From NCBI GenBank assembly GCA_903848275.1, contig CAINGB010000025.1, forward strand, positions 4,713 through 68,712: a DNA stretch of 64,000 nt, given 5' to 3'. Shown here piece by piece: positions 28,782 through 37,847 of the stretch; the stretch's first letter is position 1, and each line of letters starts with the position of its first letter. The notes beneath the pieces were generated by a model, which made no database searches, was not told where the DNA came from, and was given only the letters and a program-made list of their open reading frames with translations. This DNA is from Candidatus Uhrbacteria bacterium. GTDB taxonomy: Bacteria > Patescibacteriota > Patescibacteriia > UBA9934. Made by a program: the position numbers and the translations under genes.

Positions 28782-29713
28782 GTGAGGTGCTCAATGAGGG
28801 CCTTCAAGTCGTCCTTAGAGTAGAAGTGAATGATCACCTGGCCGCTGGCTTGGGTGGTCATTTTGATTTCTACTTTGGTGCCGATTTTCTCGCGGAGTTC
28901 GCGTTCGATGGCTTCTAGGTTGGGGTCGCGGAAAAGGTGTGGTTGGCGAACATGGGCACGGACGGTGCGCTCGGCTTCGCGGATGCTGACGCCGCCCTTT
29001 AGCATGCGTTCAAAGAGGTCGCGTTGACGAGCCACGTTGCCTTCTTGCAAGAGCGTGCGGCCGGCGGATTTGCTGATTTTGCCTTCTTTAATGGCGGTCA
29101 GAATATCGTCGGGTAAATCGAGCAAGCGGAGAGCATTCGTGATGAACGGGCGGCTCTTGCCGACGCGCTGTGCCATGTCGTCCTGGCTCAAGCCGAAGTC
29201 TTCCATGAGGGCTTTATAGGCCAAGGCTTCTTCGACTGGATTCAGGTCCGAGCGTTGGACGTTCTCGATGATGGCGAGTTCCAGCTTTTCGCGATCGGTT
29301 GCTTCGCGAACAACGACTGGGACCTTCTCGAGTCCGAGCAAGTTGGAAGCACGTAAACGACGTTCACCGGCGATGAGTTCGTACTGGCCGTTGCCTTTGT
29401 CGGTCACCGTCAGCGGCTGCAAAATACCGTGCTCGCGAATGCTGTCGGCCAAGTCGCTTAGTTCCTCTGGCGCGAACTCGCGGCGGGGCTGACGAGGATT
29501 GGGCACGATTTGCGAAGGGGAAACGTGAATGAGGCGCAGGCCCTCGTCGACCACGCTTTCTAGGATGTTTGGTTGCTCGATAGCTGGAGCAGCTACCGGC
29601 GCCTCACCGGCCCCCTCCACCTCCCCCATACCTGGGGGAGAGTTGCGCACTGGAGTCATTTGGGGAATTAACGAGCCGAGTCCCCGGCCGAGTCCTCCCA
29701 TTGGTTTTGCCAT
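28778..29713 (-). CDS. parB: Chromosome partitioning protein ParB/Spo0J
   Basis: GLGRGLGSL, the ParB box LIAGERRLRAS, and a helix-turn-helix (HTH) region. Confidence 0.9.
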   Translation of the reverse strand: MAKPMGGLGRGLGSLIPQMTPVRNSPPGMGEVEGAGEAPVAAPAIEQPNILESVVDEGLRLIHVSPSQIVPNPRQPRREFAPEELSDLADSIREHGILQPLTVTDKGNGQYELIAGERRLRASNLLGLEKVPVVVREATDREKLELAIIENVQRSDLNPVEEALAYKALMEDFGLSQDDMAQRVGKSRPFITNALRLLDLPDDILTAIKEGKISKSAGRTLLQEGNVARQRDLFERMLKGGVSIREAERTVRAHVRQPHLFRDPNLEAIERELREKIGTKVEIKMTTQASGQVIIHFYSKDDLKALIEHLT

Positions 29714-29722
29714 ATACTTCGA

Positions 29723-30505
29723 TTACTGTTGAACAGGTGCAGCCACGTCTTCCCGCGTCACGAATTCTCGAGCCAAGCGTTCGTAAGCCTTGGCGGCTTT
29801 GCTTTCCGGGTCGTAGTGCAGGATTGACTTGCCGAAACTTGGGGCTTCTGCCAGGCGAATACTGCGCGGAATGACGGAGCGGAAGATTTTGCCTGGGAAA
29901 TGTTTGTAGAGTTCTTGCAGGACTTGATTGCTCAGGTTGGTGCGGGTGTCGAACATGGTAATGACCGCGCCCATGACCTCGAGTTCTGGTTTGAGGTTGG
30001 TGCGAATGAGGTTGACGGTGTGCATAAGTTGGCCGATGCCTTCTAAGGCGTAGTATTCGGCCTGGACCGGAATGAGGACGCTGTCGCTGGCGACTAAGCC
30101 GTTGATGGTGAGGAGGCCGAGAGACGGCGGGTTGTCGATGATGATGTAGTCGTAGTCGTTACGGACTTCGAGTAAGGCTTTGGCGAGTTTGTGCTCGCGG
30201 TTGAATTCATTGACCAATTCCACGGAGCTGCCGGCCAAGTTGGCGCTGCCAGGCAAGATAGACAGGCCGTCGTGGGCGGTGGCAATGATGACGTCCTTGG
30301 CCTTTTGGCTACCTGAGATGACCTCGTAAGTACCCATGAGGTCGCTGACGTCGTGGCCGAAGCCGCTCGTGGCGTTGCCCTGGGGGTCGAGATCCACTAA
30401 TAAAACACGTTTGCCGAAACTGGCTAAATAGGCAGATAAATTGATAGATGTGGTGGTTTTACCCACCCCACCCTTTTGGTTCACGACGGATACGATATAG
30501 GCCAT
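29723..30505 (-). CDS. parA: Chromosome partitioning ATPase ParA/Soj
   Basis: Deviant Walker A VNQKGGVGKTT. Confidence 0.9.
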   Translation of the reverse strand: MAYIVSVVNQKGGVGKTTTSINLSAYLASFGKRVLLVDLDPQGNATSGFGHDVSDLMGTYEVISGSQKAKDVIIATAHDGLSILPGSANLAGSSVELVNEFNREHKLAKALLEVRNDYDYIIIDNPPSLGLLTINGLVASDSVLIPVQAEYYALEGIGQLMHTVNLIRTNLKPELEVMGAVITMFDTRTNLSNQVLQELYKHFPGKIFRSVIPRSIRLAEAPSFGKSILHYDPESKAAKAYERLAREFVTREDVAAPVQQ

Positions 30506-30587
30506 AATGATGGGGAGAGTATAGCAAATAAAATACCACGACGACAGGGCTCGGAACTAAGCCAAGAAATTAGCTATTTACACGTTT

Positions 30588-30902
30588 CTACCTAACCGTA
30601 TCATCACAAACATACATATCCCAATCAGGGTTATATTTTCCATTTTTACAGCATTCGTAATCGTCGTCTCTTGCTCCGTTGGGGTTGTATGTGCTCTTTT
30701 CGTCGTCTATCCAAACTCTACAAGCCTCTAGTGAATCGAGCTCCCCTGAAAGTCTGTCTACGGTTAAGTTTGATGCGTCTGGATAATACATGGCTATCCA
30801 TGTATCCCTAAAAATACACCCCGACCCAAGTAGAAAAAGTGAAATACCTACAATTGTAATTTTTATAAATTTTGAGTTAATCATATCAAACAAGTAATAC
30901 AC
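30588..30902 (-). CDS. Small Cys-containing secreted or lipoprotein-like hypothetical protein (104 aa), low GC
   Basis: N-terminal hydrophobic segment ...ISLFLLGSGC. AT-rich. Confidence 0.4.
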   Translation of the reverse strand: MYYLFDMINSKFIKITIVGISLFLLGSGCIFRDTWIAMYYPDASNLTVDRLSGELDSLEACRVWIDDEKSTYNPNGARDDDYECCKNGKYNPDWDMYVCDDTVR

Positions 30903-31218
30903 TAATTTTTTTAGCTAATTTTGGGACGTCGTGCTTGGCCACATTCCAGACGGCTTCGGGGTCAACGAAGGCGTAATCGTGGATGAGAATATCGCGCAGG
31001 CCAGCCATCTGCTTCCAGGGAATTGATTTGTCCCGTTCTTTGATTTCTTCGGTAATGCGTTTAGTGGCTTCGCCGATTATTTCAAGACGTCTAATAACGG
31101 CGTCGCGGAGTTTGGGGTCACGCAAGAATTCTGCTTTTTTGATGCCCGAAATATACTCGGCTATAGCTGTAGCCGAGTCCAAAATGTGCCCAAGGTAAAT
31201 CAGTGGGTCACGAATCAT
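30886..31218 (-). CDS. hepT: HepT-like (DUF86) HEPN RNase toxin
   Basis: R-x4-H-x-Y motif RDILIHDY near the C-terminus. Confidence 0.75.
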   Translation of the reverse strand: MIRDPLIYLGHILDSATAIAEYISGIKKAEFLRDPKLRDAVIRRLEIIGEATKRITEEIKERDKSIPWKQMAGLRDILIHDYAFVDPEAVWNVAKHDVPKLAKKISVLLV

Positions 31219-31505
31219 AGAATCGTTCTGGCGTCGGCCATGATAGTTTTCTTGAGGCGTGGTGAGATGGACTTATAGCTGACCAAGTCGACTTTGCGAC
31301 CAAGTGCTTTTTGTAGTTTGTAGCGTAAGGCGATAACTTCGAAGAGACCAGTTTTGGGAGCGTATTCAACCAATAGATCGACGTCGCTCTTGGCTTTGGC
31401 TTCACCCCTAGCAAATGAACCAAACAAGGCAGAACGACGTACCCCGGAGCGTTTGAGCACGGGGACGGAGAGGCGTTTGATTTGTTGAAAGGTGAGGGTT
31501 AGCAT
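31215..31505 (-). CDS. mntA: MntA-like minimal nucleotidyltransferase antitoxin
   Basis: GSxxRG...SDxD motif LFGSFARGEAKAKSDVDLLVEY. The internal Met start makes a 4-nt ATGA overlap with hepT. Confidence 0.7.
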   Translation of the reverse strand: MLTLTFQQIKRLSVPVLKRSGVRRSALFGSFARGEAKAKSDVDLLVEYAPKTGLFEVIALRYKLQKALGRKVDLVSYKSISPRLKKTIMADARTIL

Positions 31506-31686
31506 ATCTTGCTTAGAGTATAGCAGATGGAAATGTGAGGTGATAGTGGGACTCGGCCTCGCCTCTCGGGTCGTCGACACTCCCCGAGGGCTGGCCACCA
31601 GCTCGCGGTTCCGATTGGTATCGGAACATCGCTCCGCTGTTCTCGTCCCTCACGCAAGCCAAACTGTTGGCTTGCTCCGCGGCATC

Positions 31687-31714
31687 AAAAAAACAGCCAG
31701 AAGGCTGTGTTTTT
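31687..31714 (-). terminator. Hairpin plus T7 intrinsic terminator downstream of tRNA-Leu. It is A/T-flanked, so possibly bidirectional.
   Basis: aaaaaaacagccagaaggctgtgttttttgg. Confidence 0.6.
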
Positions 31715-31800
31715 TGGTGCCGCGGGAGGGACTCGAACCCTCAATCCCTTACGGGAAACGGATTTTGAGTCCGTCGCGTATACCATTCCGCCACCGCGGC
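31715..31800 (-). tRNA. tRNA-Leu (anticodon CAA), class II with a long variable arm, CCA encoded
   Basis: Reverse complement GCCGCGGTGGCGGAATGG...cggaCTCAAAAtccg...long variable arm...GGTTCGAGTCC..CCGCGGCACCA. Confidence 0.85.
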
Positions 31801-31859
31801 CGGATAGTTCAACGCGGGAAAATAGTAACAAACTGGGGCGATTTAGGCAACCCCTCGGC

Positions 31860-31888
31860 TTGTCAAAAACACTTGTATTTGTTATAGT
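31860..31888 (+). promoter_or_regulatory. Sigma70-like promoter (TTGTCA-17-TATAGT) for elongator tRNA-Met
   Basis: ttgtca aaaacacttgtatttgt tatagt, about 18 nt before the tRNA 5' end. Confidence 0.55.
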
Positions 31889-31906
31889 GCCGTCGTTTCC
31901 TACCCT

Positions 31907-31983
31907 AGCTGGGTAGCTCAGTCGGTTAGAGCGAAGGACTCATAAGCCTTAGGTCGCGGGTTCGATTCCCGCCCCAGCTACCA
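31907..31983 (+). tRNA. Elongator tRNA with CAU anticodon (Met, or Ile2 if lysidinylated). No 3 G-C pairs in the anticodon stem.
   Basis: agctggg acceptor, ctCATaa anticodon loop, GGTTCGATTCC T-loop, CCA encoded. Followed by hairpin cccccactgttcagtgcgaacttggggg plus T-run (31987-32027). Confidence 0.8.
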
Positions 31984-32058
31984 AATGTCCCCCACTGTTC
32001 AGTGCGAACTTGGGGGATTTTTGTTTGACCTTTTTTGTTAAATAGGCTATTATTCCGG

Positions 32059-32135
32059 CGCAGGGTAGAGCAGCCTGGCAGCTCGTCGGGCTCATAACCC
32101 GAAGGTCGTCGGTTCAAATCCGACCCCTGCAACCA
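32059..32135 (+). tRNA. Initiator tRNA-fMet (CAU)
   Basis: C1xA72 mismatch in the acceptor stem, three consecutive G-C pairs (ggg/ccc) closing the anticodon stem, CAU anticodon, and CCA encoded. A hairpin plus T-run follows (32140-32175). Confidence 0.85.
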
Positions 32136-32178
32136 AAAGTCCCCCGTCTAGCACGGAGGATTTTTGTTTTAGCGTCGA

Positions 32179-32700
32179 TTAGAACCAAGCATTCGCGCCA
32201 GCGGAAATGAGAGTGACGAGGAGGCCAGCGACAAGCGTGCCGAGGCCGATGGCTAGGAAGGCTTTACGGAATGGGATTTTGAGAGCGACGGCGACGAGGG
32301 CAGAAGACCAGAGGCCGGCTAGTGGCAGGGGGATGCTGGCGAGAAGAAAGAGGGCAATGGCGCCGTAGCGTTCGTATTGTTTTTTGAGACGGTGCTCGCC
32401 ATGGACGAGAAGGCGGTCGATGGGGGCGACGAGTTTGGGGAAATGTTTGGAGCAGAAGTCGCGGAGGGCGCGAAGTCCGAAGAAGATTGGGAAGAATGGG
32501 ATGAGGGTGCCGAGAACGGCCAGACCGTAAGCGTCCATGGGGTTAATATTCCAGGAATGGATGGCGAGAGGAATGGTTAGGCGGAGCTCGGTCAGCGGGA
32601 GGCCGGAGAGCAACATGGTGGCCAGCCAATGTGGCCAAGAGTCAAAAAAATTTATTATTAACTCAACCATATATACTAGTAAAATGACTAAATGTAGCAA
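32179..32700 (-). CDS. Small multidrug-export-like (COG2426/Sm_multidrug_ex-like) integral membrane protein
   Basis: 4-5 TM helices. PLTELRLTIPLAI resembles the family motif ELRGAIPLG. Moderate. Confidence 0.5.
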   Translation of the reverse strand: MLHLVILLVYMVELIINFFDSWPHWLATMLLSGLPLTELRLTIPLAIHSWNINPMDAYGLAVLGTLIPFFPIFFGLRALRDFCSKHFPKLVAPIDRLLVHGEHRLKKQYERYGAIALFLLASIPLPLAGLWSSALVAVALKIPFRKAFLAIGLGTLVAGLLVTLISAGANAWF

Positions 32701-32718
32701 TACACGACCTGACCCCAG

Positions 32719-33633
32719 TTACCAAGTGAACGTCTTGAAAGCCCAGGCGGCGAGGCCTTTGGCGTCTTTGAAGCGGCTGGATTTTGACTCGGAACCGAGG
32801 ACGACGACGCGGAGGGCGTGGCCATCGTGCTTGATGAGCGTGGCAAAACAGTAGCCAGCTTCTGGGATAAAGCCCGTCTTCCCTGCTACCACCTGATAAT
32901 CGCCAGTATTCATGTAGCTCGCGAGAAGTTCGTCCGTGGCGTCGATGTCGACGGAGTAACCGCTAGCTTGAGTGACGGTGACTTGGCTCTTGGGCATAAT
33001 CGCAGCCATGGTTGGGTTGGCGGCGGCGGCTGAGAGAATTTTGGTGAGGTCGCGAGCGGTTGAGACGTTGCCCGAGTCGACCCCGCTAACGTCGACGTAA
33101 TGCGTGCTCGTCATGCCGAGATCTGCAGCTTTTTTGTTCATGGCAGTTAAGAAATCCTCAGGCGATAAATTTGAGAAACGGGACAGGGCTTTGGTGGCCG
33201 TGTTGTCGCTGCCGACCAAACTGGCGCGCAAAACGTCGCGCATGGTGACAGCGTCGTCAAAGCGGAGGTAGACGCGTCCTCCGCCAACGTAATCATCGCC
33301 GATGACGGTGACGCGGGAGTCGAGTTTAGGATTGGTGTCCATGAAGACGAGGACGGTCATGAGCTTGGTGATGCTGCCAATGGCGCGAACGTCGTCGGGC
33401 TGCTCGGAATAGAGGATGGCGCCGCTGGCGTCGTCGATGACAATCGCGCTCTCCGCTGAGGTGACGATGCCGTAGGAATCGAGATCCGTCTTGGTTGGTG
33501 GCGTGATGCGATCCGCGGCTAATGGCAAAGTGGCGAACCAAGAGGTGGCCGAGTTAAGGGTGGTGCCGGAGCTAGGAAAAAGGTTCATTAGACTGACGGC
33601 GAGTAGTAGTTGAGCGATGATGTTGGGGATCAT
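32719..33633 (-). CDS. dacA: D-alanyl-D-alanine carboxypeptidase (S11 penicillin-binding protein, DacA-like)
   Basis: SxxK (SITK), SxN (GSDN) and KTG (GKTG) active-site triad motifs, plus a signal peptide. Confidence 0.8.
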   Translation of the reverse strand: MIPNIIAQLLLAVSLMNLFPSSGTTLNSATSWFATLPLAADRITPPTKTDLDSYGIVTSAESAIVIDDASGAILYSEQPDDVRAIGSITKLMTVLVFMDTNPKLDSRVTVIGDDYVGGGRVYLRFDDAVTMRDVLRASLVGSDNTATKALSRFSNLSPEDFLTAMNKKAADLGMTSTHYVDVSGVDSGNVSTARDLTKILSAAAANPTMAAIMPKSQVTVTQASGYSVDIDATDELLASYMNTGDYQVVAGKTGFIPEAGYCFATLIKHDGHALRVVVLGSESKSSRFKDAKGLAAWAFKTFTW

Positions 33634-33712
33634 AGTATGAGTTTACGAGTTGGTAGTTAGTAGTTTGTAGTTGGTAGCTTCCGTAATCAGTGAGCCAACT
33701 ACCGACTACCCA

Positions 33713-34273
33713 CTACAAACTACTAACTGCCAAGTTACTGAGCAGTGCATCAATCTTCGCATTGACGTGGAGGGTGCTGTAGTCGGGCAGCTCGGAGACT
33801 TCATGCACGCCGAAGAAGCGGAGGGCGTCCGTGGATAAGCGGTAAGTTGGTTGCATTTTGACGACGTCGTCGCGTTCGTCGACCAGGCCACGAAGCTGTA
33901 AGTTGCGCAGGATGAGGGAGCAATTAACGCCGCGAATGGCTTCGATTTCTGGCTTGGTGAGCGGCCCGCGATAAGCGATGATGGTGAGGGTTTCGAGCGA
34001 TGGTCGAGTCAGTTCTGTGTCGAGCTCGACGTTGGTAGCTTTGGCGACGAGATCCGCGTGCTCGGGGTTGGTGACGAACTGGATCAAGTCATCATCGATG
34101 AGGAGATGGATGCCGGACGATGAGATGTTATGGGAGGCGGCCAGAGTAGTAATAGCGGCGCTAACTTCGGCTTCGGCCACGCCCACAAGTTTGGCCAGTT
34201 GCTTGCGCGAAATCGGTTTCGTTAAGACGAAGAGGAGGGATTCAAGCTGGCTGCAGAGTAATTCAGTGTCCAT
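33713..34273 (-). CDS. scpB: Segregation and condensation protein B
   Basis: Tandem winged-helix ScpB core LESLLFVLTKPIS...IAYRGPLTKPEIEAIRG. Confidence 0.85.
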   Translation of the reverse strand: MDTELLCSQLESLLFVLTKPISRKQLAKLVGVAEAEVSAAITTLAASHNISSSGIHLLIDDDLIQFVTNPEHADLVAKATNVELDTELTRPSLETLTIIAYRGPLTKPEIEAIRGVNCSLILRNLQLRGLVDERDDVVKMQPTYRLSTDALRFFGVHEVSELPDYSTLHVNAKIDALLSNLAVSSL

Positions 34274-34274
34274 A

Positions 34275-34979
34275 TTAATCGATGCGGTGAATCATGATGT
34301 CGCCCCAAGTACTATTCTGCGTTGTACGGATGATGTTGCGGCGAAGAAGTTCGAGGAGAGCCAGGAAGCTCATGACGACGTCGATCTTCTTTTGCGCACC
34401 GGCTGTAACTTGATTAAAGCTCAGGCTCGCATTTAAGGAAATGGCTTCGCGGAGTTCGTCGATGCGTTCTTCCACTGACTTTACTCGCTCTAAGGATACT
34501 GCTGTGAGGGCGAAGAAAGGTTCGAGGCGTTTTTGCACGTCGCGGTAGGCGTCGGCGAGCATGGCTGGGGTGAGAGTTGAGGGTGGGATGAACGACGGGG
34601 CGAGCGAAGACTTGGGCTTGAGGTAAGGCCGGGGGAAGAGGAGATGCTGACCGTAACGTTCTTCCAGGCGTTCGGCAGCGTCGACGAATTCGCGGTAAAT
34701 GCGGAGTTGCTCGGCTAGGACGTCGGAGGCAATGTCCTCGTCGACCAAGCGCAGGAACGGTAGTAACTCGCGGCTTTTGAGGTAGATGAGGCGGGAGGCG
34801 ACGAGGAGGAAGTCGGCGAGGCCGTCGGCGGGGACGTGATTTTCCTGTAAGTACAGCAAAAAATCGTCAGCAACTTTAGCTAACGAAATTTTGGCTATCT
34901 CGAGGTCCTTCTTTTCTATGAGCTCGAGGAGAAGCTCTAGAGGGCCTGAGAATTCCTCGTTTTTGACGGCGAAATCCAT
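34275..34979 (-). CDS. scpA: Segregation and condensation protein A. TGcTATACT extended -10 lies 6 nt upstream of the ATG, so a leaderless mRNA.
   Basis: MDFAVKNEEFSGPLELLLELIEKKDLEIAKISLAKV is a ScpA N-terminus. Confidence 0.85.
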   Translation of the reverse strand: MDFAVKNEEFSGPLELLLELIEKKDLEIAKISLAKVADDFLLYLQENHVPADGLADFLLVASRLIYLKSRELLPFLRLVDEDIASDVLAEQLRIYREFVDAAERLEERYGQHLLFPRPYLKPKSSLAPSFIPPSTLTPAMLADAYRDVQKRLEPFFALTAVSLERVKSVEERIDELREAISLNASLSFNQVTAGAQKKIDVVMSFLALLELLRRNIIRTTQNSTWGDIMIHRID

Positions 34980-34995
34980 GACAGCAGTATAGCAT

Positions 34996-35042
34996 CTGTG
35001 GATAAGTGCTGTATACGTTGAGCGTATACGCTCAACGTATAC
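34996..35042. repeat. Perfect DnaA box (TTATCCACA, minus orientation) followed by a 32-nt perfect palindrome (gtatacgttgagcgtatacgctcaacgtatac) in the scpA promoter region
   Basis: + strand tctgtggataagtgct | gtatacgttgagcgtatacgctcaacgtatac. The palindrome is self-complementary over all 32 nt and contains 3 GTATAC. Confidence 0.7.
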
Positions 35043-35043
35043 A

Positions 35044-36357
35044 CTACGGTCTTAAGCGTTGAACATCCCGAGGGAAAATCGTCGCCTCCTTAACGTTCGC
35101 GAGGCCCAAGATGTTTTGGGTGAGGCGTTGCAGGCCAATAGCGAAGCCGCCTTCGGGGGGAATACCGAATTTGTGCATGGTCAAGTAGTCCTCAAAATCG
35201 GCCGGGTTCAAGCCTTTCTCCACGATGCGGGCGAGCTGTTCGTCGTAGCGGTTAATGCGCATACCGCCGGAAGTGATTTCACTCCCCCAGCCGATGACGT
35301 CGAAAGTGAGGGTGTTGTTCGGGTCGGTTGGATCCACCTTGGCATAGAACGGGCGTTTGGCTGGCGTCCAGTCAGTGACGAAGACAAAGCCGCAGTTGTG
35401 GTGCTTGGGGGCCCATTCTTTGGAGAGCCACTTTTCGGCCGCTGGTGAGAGGTCTGGCTCCCCTGTTTCGTCGACACCGGCTTCGTCGCGGTAAGCGGCC
35501 AGGGCGTCGGCCAGCTTGATACGAGGGAAACGCTCGCCGAGTGGTGGGAGAACGGTTTCGAGAAGTTTTAATTCGACGGTGCAATCACGCTCGACAGAGG
35601 CAACCATCTGGCGAATGGCGGCTTCTTCGATGTCCATGAGCTCGTCGATGCTATCGATGAAACCAGCTTCAAACTCGAGTTGGTTGAACTCGGTCAAGTG
35701 ACGTGAGGTAGCGAATTTTTCGGCGCGGAAGGAGTAGCTCAAACCGTAAACGCCTTCGTAGACGCCCATGGTGATTTGCTTGTAGAGCTGGGCGGACTGG
35801 GTGAGCGTGGCTTCGCGGCCGTAATAGTCGACCTTGAAGAATTCGGCGCCACCTTCACTAGCGGCACCAGCCAGCACGGGGAAGAAAATTTCGGTGTAGC
35901 CCTGAGCTTCCATGAAAGCGCGGTAACCGTGAACCAAAGCGGCCTGCACACGGAAGATGGCGCGCTGCTTAGGGTGACGGAGAGTGACCACGCGGTTGTC
36001 GAGGAGGGTGTCCAAGTTGACGTCGAGCACAGGCTTGCCGATTTCGACTGGCACGACGTCGACAACTGGTGAGAGAATTTCCAAAGTCTCAACTTGCATT
36101 TCGACTTCTTTAATCAACGGATCCTTCGACTTCTTTTCCACGATGAGGCCGGTGACGGCTACGACGGTTTCCACCTGGAGGCCGTGGAGTTGGGTAAGTT
36201 GCTCGGCGTTAAGGACGGTTTGCGCGAGGCCGGAACGGTCGCGGATGATGGCGAAGCCGAACTTGCTCATGTCGCGGAGGGTGTTGAGCCAGCCTTTGAT
36301 GGTGACGACTTCACCTAGATGGCTTGGGAGATCCTTTACTAGAGTTCTGGTATTCAT
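35044..36357 (-). CDS. aspS: Aspartate--tRNA ligase, archaeal/eukaryal type (possibly non-discriminating)
   Basis: Motif 2 FRAEKFATSRHLTEF. Motif 3 GGFAIGLQRL. SGGMRINRYD is AspRS-like. Start taken at MNTRTLVKDL. Confidence 0.75.
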   Translation of the reverse strand: MNTRTLVKDLPSHLGEVVTIKGWLNTLRDMSKFGFAIIRDRSGLAQTVLNAEQLTQLHGLQVETVVAVTGLIVEKKSKDPLIKEVEMQVETLEILSPVVDVVPVEIGKPVLDVNLDTLLDNRVVTLRHPKQRAIFRVQAALVHGYRAFMEAQGYTEIFFPVLAGAASEGGAEFFKVDYYGREATLTQSAQLYKQITMGVYEGVYGLSYSFRAEKFATSRHLTEFNQLEFEAGFIDSIDELMDIEEAAIRQMVASVERDCTVELKLLETVLPPLGERFPRIKLADALAAYRDEAGVDETGEPDLSPAAEKWLSKEWAPKHHNCGFVFVTDWTPAKRPFYAKVDPTDPNNTLTFDVIGWGSEITSGGMRINRYDEQLARIVEKGLNPADFEDYLTMHKFGIPPEGGFAIGLQRLTQNILGLANVKEATIFPRDVQRLRP

Positions 36358-36383
36358 AGGTCGTATTGGTCCAATAGGACCTA

Positions 36384-37688
36384 TTAAGGAGTTGAGCGAT
36401 TTAGCATGCGGGGGAAGGCGATGGTTTCGCGGATGTGGTGGTTGCCGGTGATCCAACGGACGGTGCGCTCGAGACCGATGCCGAAGCCGCTGTGCTGTAC
36501 GGCGCCGTACTTGCGGGTGTTCAAGTACCAGTCATATTCGGCCAAGGGGTAGCCACGATCCACAATTTCCTTTTTGAGCGCGTCGTAGCTTTCTTCACGC
36601 TGACTACCGCCGATAATTTCGCGGCCTTCTTCTGGCGCGATGAGGTCCGCATTCCTGGCGCGGAGGACGCCAGCTTCATCGACGTAACGCTTCATGTAGA
36701 AGGCTTTGACAGCGGCTGGATAATCCTCGATGAAAATTGGCAGTTGATATTTGTTACCGAGGTAGATTTCTTCCTCCGTGCCCATGTCGTCCAAGGGATC
36801 CACGTCGGCGATGCCGTCGGCGATCAAGATGGCTTTGGCTTCCGCGTGCTTGAGGTGGACGAATGGTTCGTCGACTAGTTTTTGTAAGAGCGTGGTGTCG
36901 CGCTCGAGGATTTTGAGCTCGGGGGCGCAGAATTTGAGGACGTCGCCGACGATGCGCTTGACCATCCGTTCCTGCACAGCCATGTTGTCCACTTGGTCGT
37001 GGAAGGCCATTTCCGCGTCCATCATCCAGAGTTCCGAGAGGTGGTGGCGCGTCTTGCTCTTTTCCGCGCGGAAGACGGGGCCGAAGTCGTAAACTTTGCC
37101 GAAGCTCATGATGCCCGCTTCGCTGTAAAGCTGGCCCGATTGCGAGAGATACATGGGATTGCCGTAGTAGTCGACGCTGAAGAGCTGGGTGGTGTCTTCG
37201 CAGCTAGTTGGCTGCAAGATTGGGGTGTCAAAGCGGATGAAACCGGCTTCGTGGAAGAATTGCTCGATGCTGAAGAAGACTTGGTCGCGAATGCGGAGTG
37301 TGGCCCAGGGCGTGGCGCTGCGGAGGTACAAGTCGCGGTTGTCGAAGAGGAAGTCCGGGCCGTGTTCTTTGTTGGCGATTGGGTAATCTTCTGGAGCGAG
37401 CGCGATGATGGCGAAGGCGGTGCCTTGGATTTCGAAGCCGCTTGGCGCACGAGGCTCAGCTTTAACAAGACCGGTGACGGTGACGGAAGACTCGAGGGTC
37501 AGCGACTTGAGGGCGTCCCATTGCTCGGCTGGCAAATCCCCCGCCGAGTAGACGACTTGGACACGGCCGCTGCCGTCGCGGAATTGGAGGAAGAAGATTT
37601 TGCCGCTGCTCCTGAAGTTGTAGGCCCAGCCTTGAAGAGTAATGGTTTCACCGACGAGGGTTGAGAGTTGGGAGATTGAGGGAGTCAT
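36384..37688 (-). CDS. asnS: Asparagine--tRNA ligase
   Basis: FRAEKSKTRHHLSEL, GGSQREE, DWYLNTRKYGAVQHSGFGIGLER (AsnRS-type motif 3). Start taken at MTPSISQLS. Confidence 0.75.
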   Translation of the reverse strand: MTPSISQLSTLVGETITLQGWAYNFRSSGKIFFLQFRDGSGRVQVVYSAGDLPAEQWDALKSLTLESSVTVTGLVKAEPRAPSGFEIQGTAFAIIALAPEDYPIANKEHGPDFLFDNRDLYLRSATPWATLRIRDQVFFSIEQFFHEAGFIRFDTPILQPTSCEDTTQLFSVDYYGNPMYLSQSGQLYSEAGIMSFGKVYDFGPVFRAEKSKTRHHLSELWMMDAEMAFHDQVDNMAVQERMVKRIVGDVLKFCAPELKILERDTTLLQKLVDEPFVHLKHAEAKAILIADGIADVDPLDDMGTEEEIYLGNKYQLPIFIEDYPAAVKAFYMKRYVDEAGVLRARNADLIAPEEGREIIGGSQREESYDALKKEIVDRGYPLAEYDWYLNTRKYGAVQHSGFGIGLERTVRWITGNHHIRETIAFPRMLNRSTP

Positions 37689-37706
37689 ATAGAGATATTG
37701 TTTTGA

Positions 37707-37847
37707 GTTGGTCACGTTTTGTGACCAACTGGCTACCTGGGGACAATCTGTCCCCAGGTAGCCATCGTAAGAATAGTTTTTTTCGTTCTCAAGTGGTGAC
37801 AACCTGTCACCACTTGACCTCAGTCTGTCACAGTTTGTGACAGACTG
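37707..37847. repeat. Four tandem perfect hairpins between the T-box terminator and the asnS start codon. Stems are 9-13 bp, all built around GTCAC/GTGAC or TGTCCCC cores.
   Basis: + strand: gttggtcac gtttt gtgaccaac. ggctacctggggaca atc tgtccccaggtagcc. caagtggtgaca acc tgtcaccacttg. cagtctgtcaca gtt tgtgacagactg. Confidence 0.7.

Noticed and set aside
31926-32132. 68-aa minus-strand ORF spanning the tRNA-Met / tRNA-fMet region, plus 31492..31887 and 31707..31916 + strand ORFs over tRNA-Leu
   Set aside because: They overlap well-formed tRNA genes and their promoters and terminators, so they are not credible CDS.
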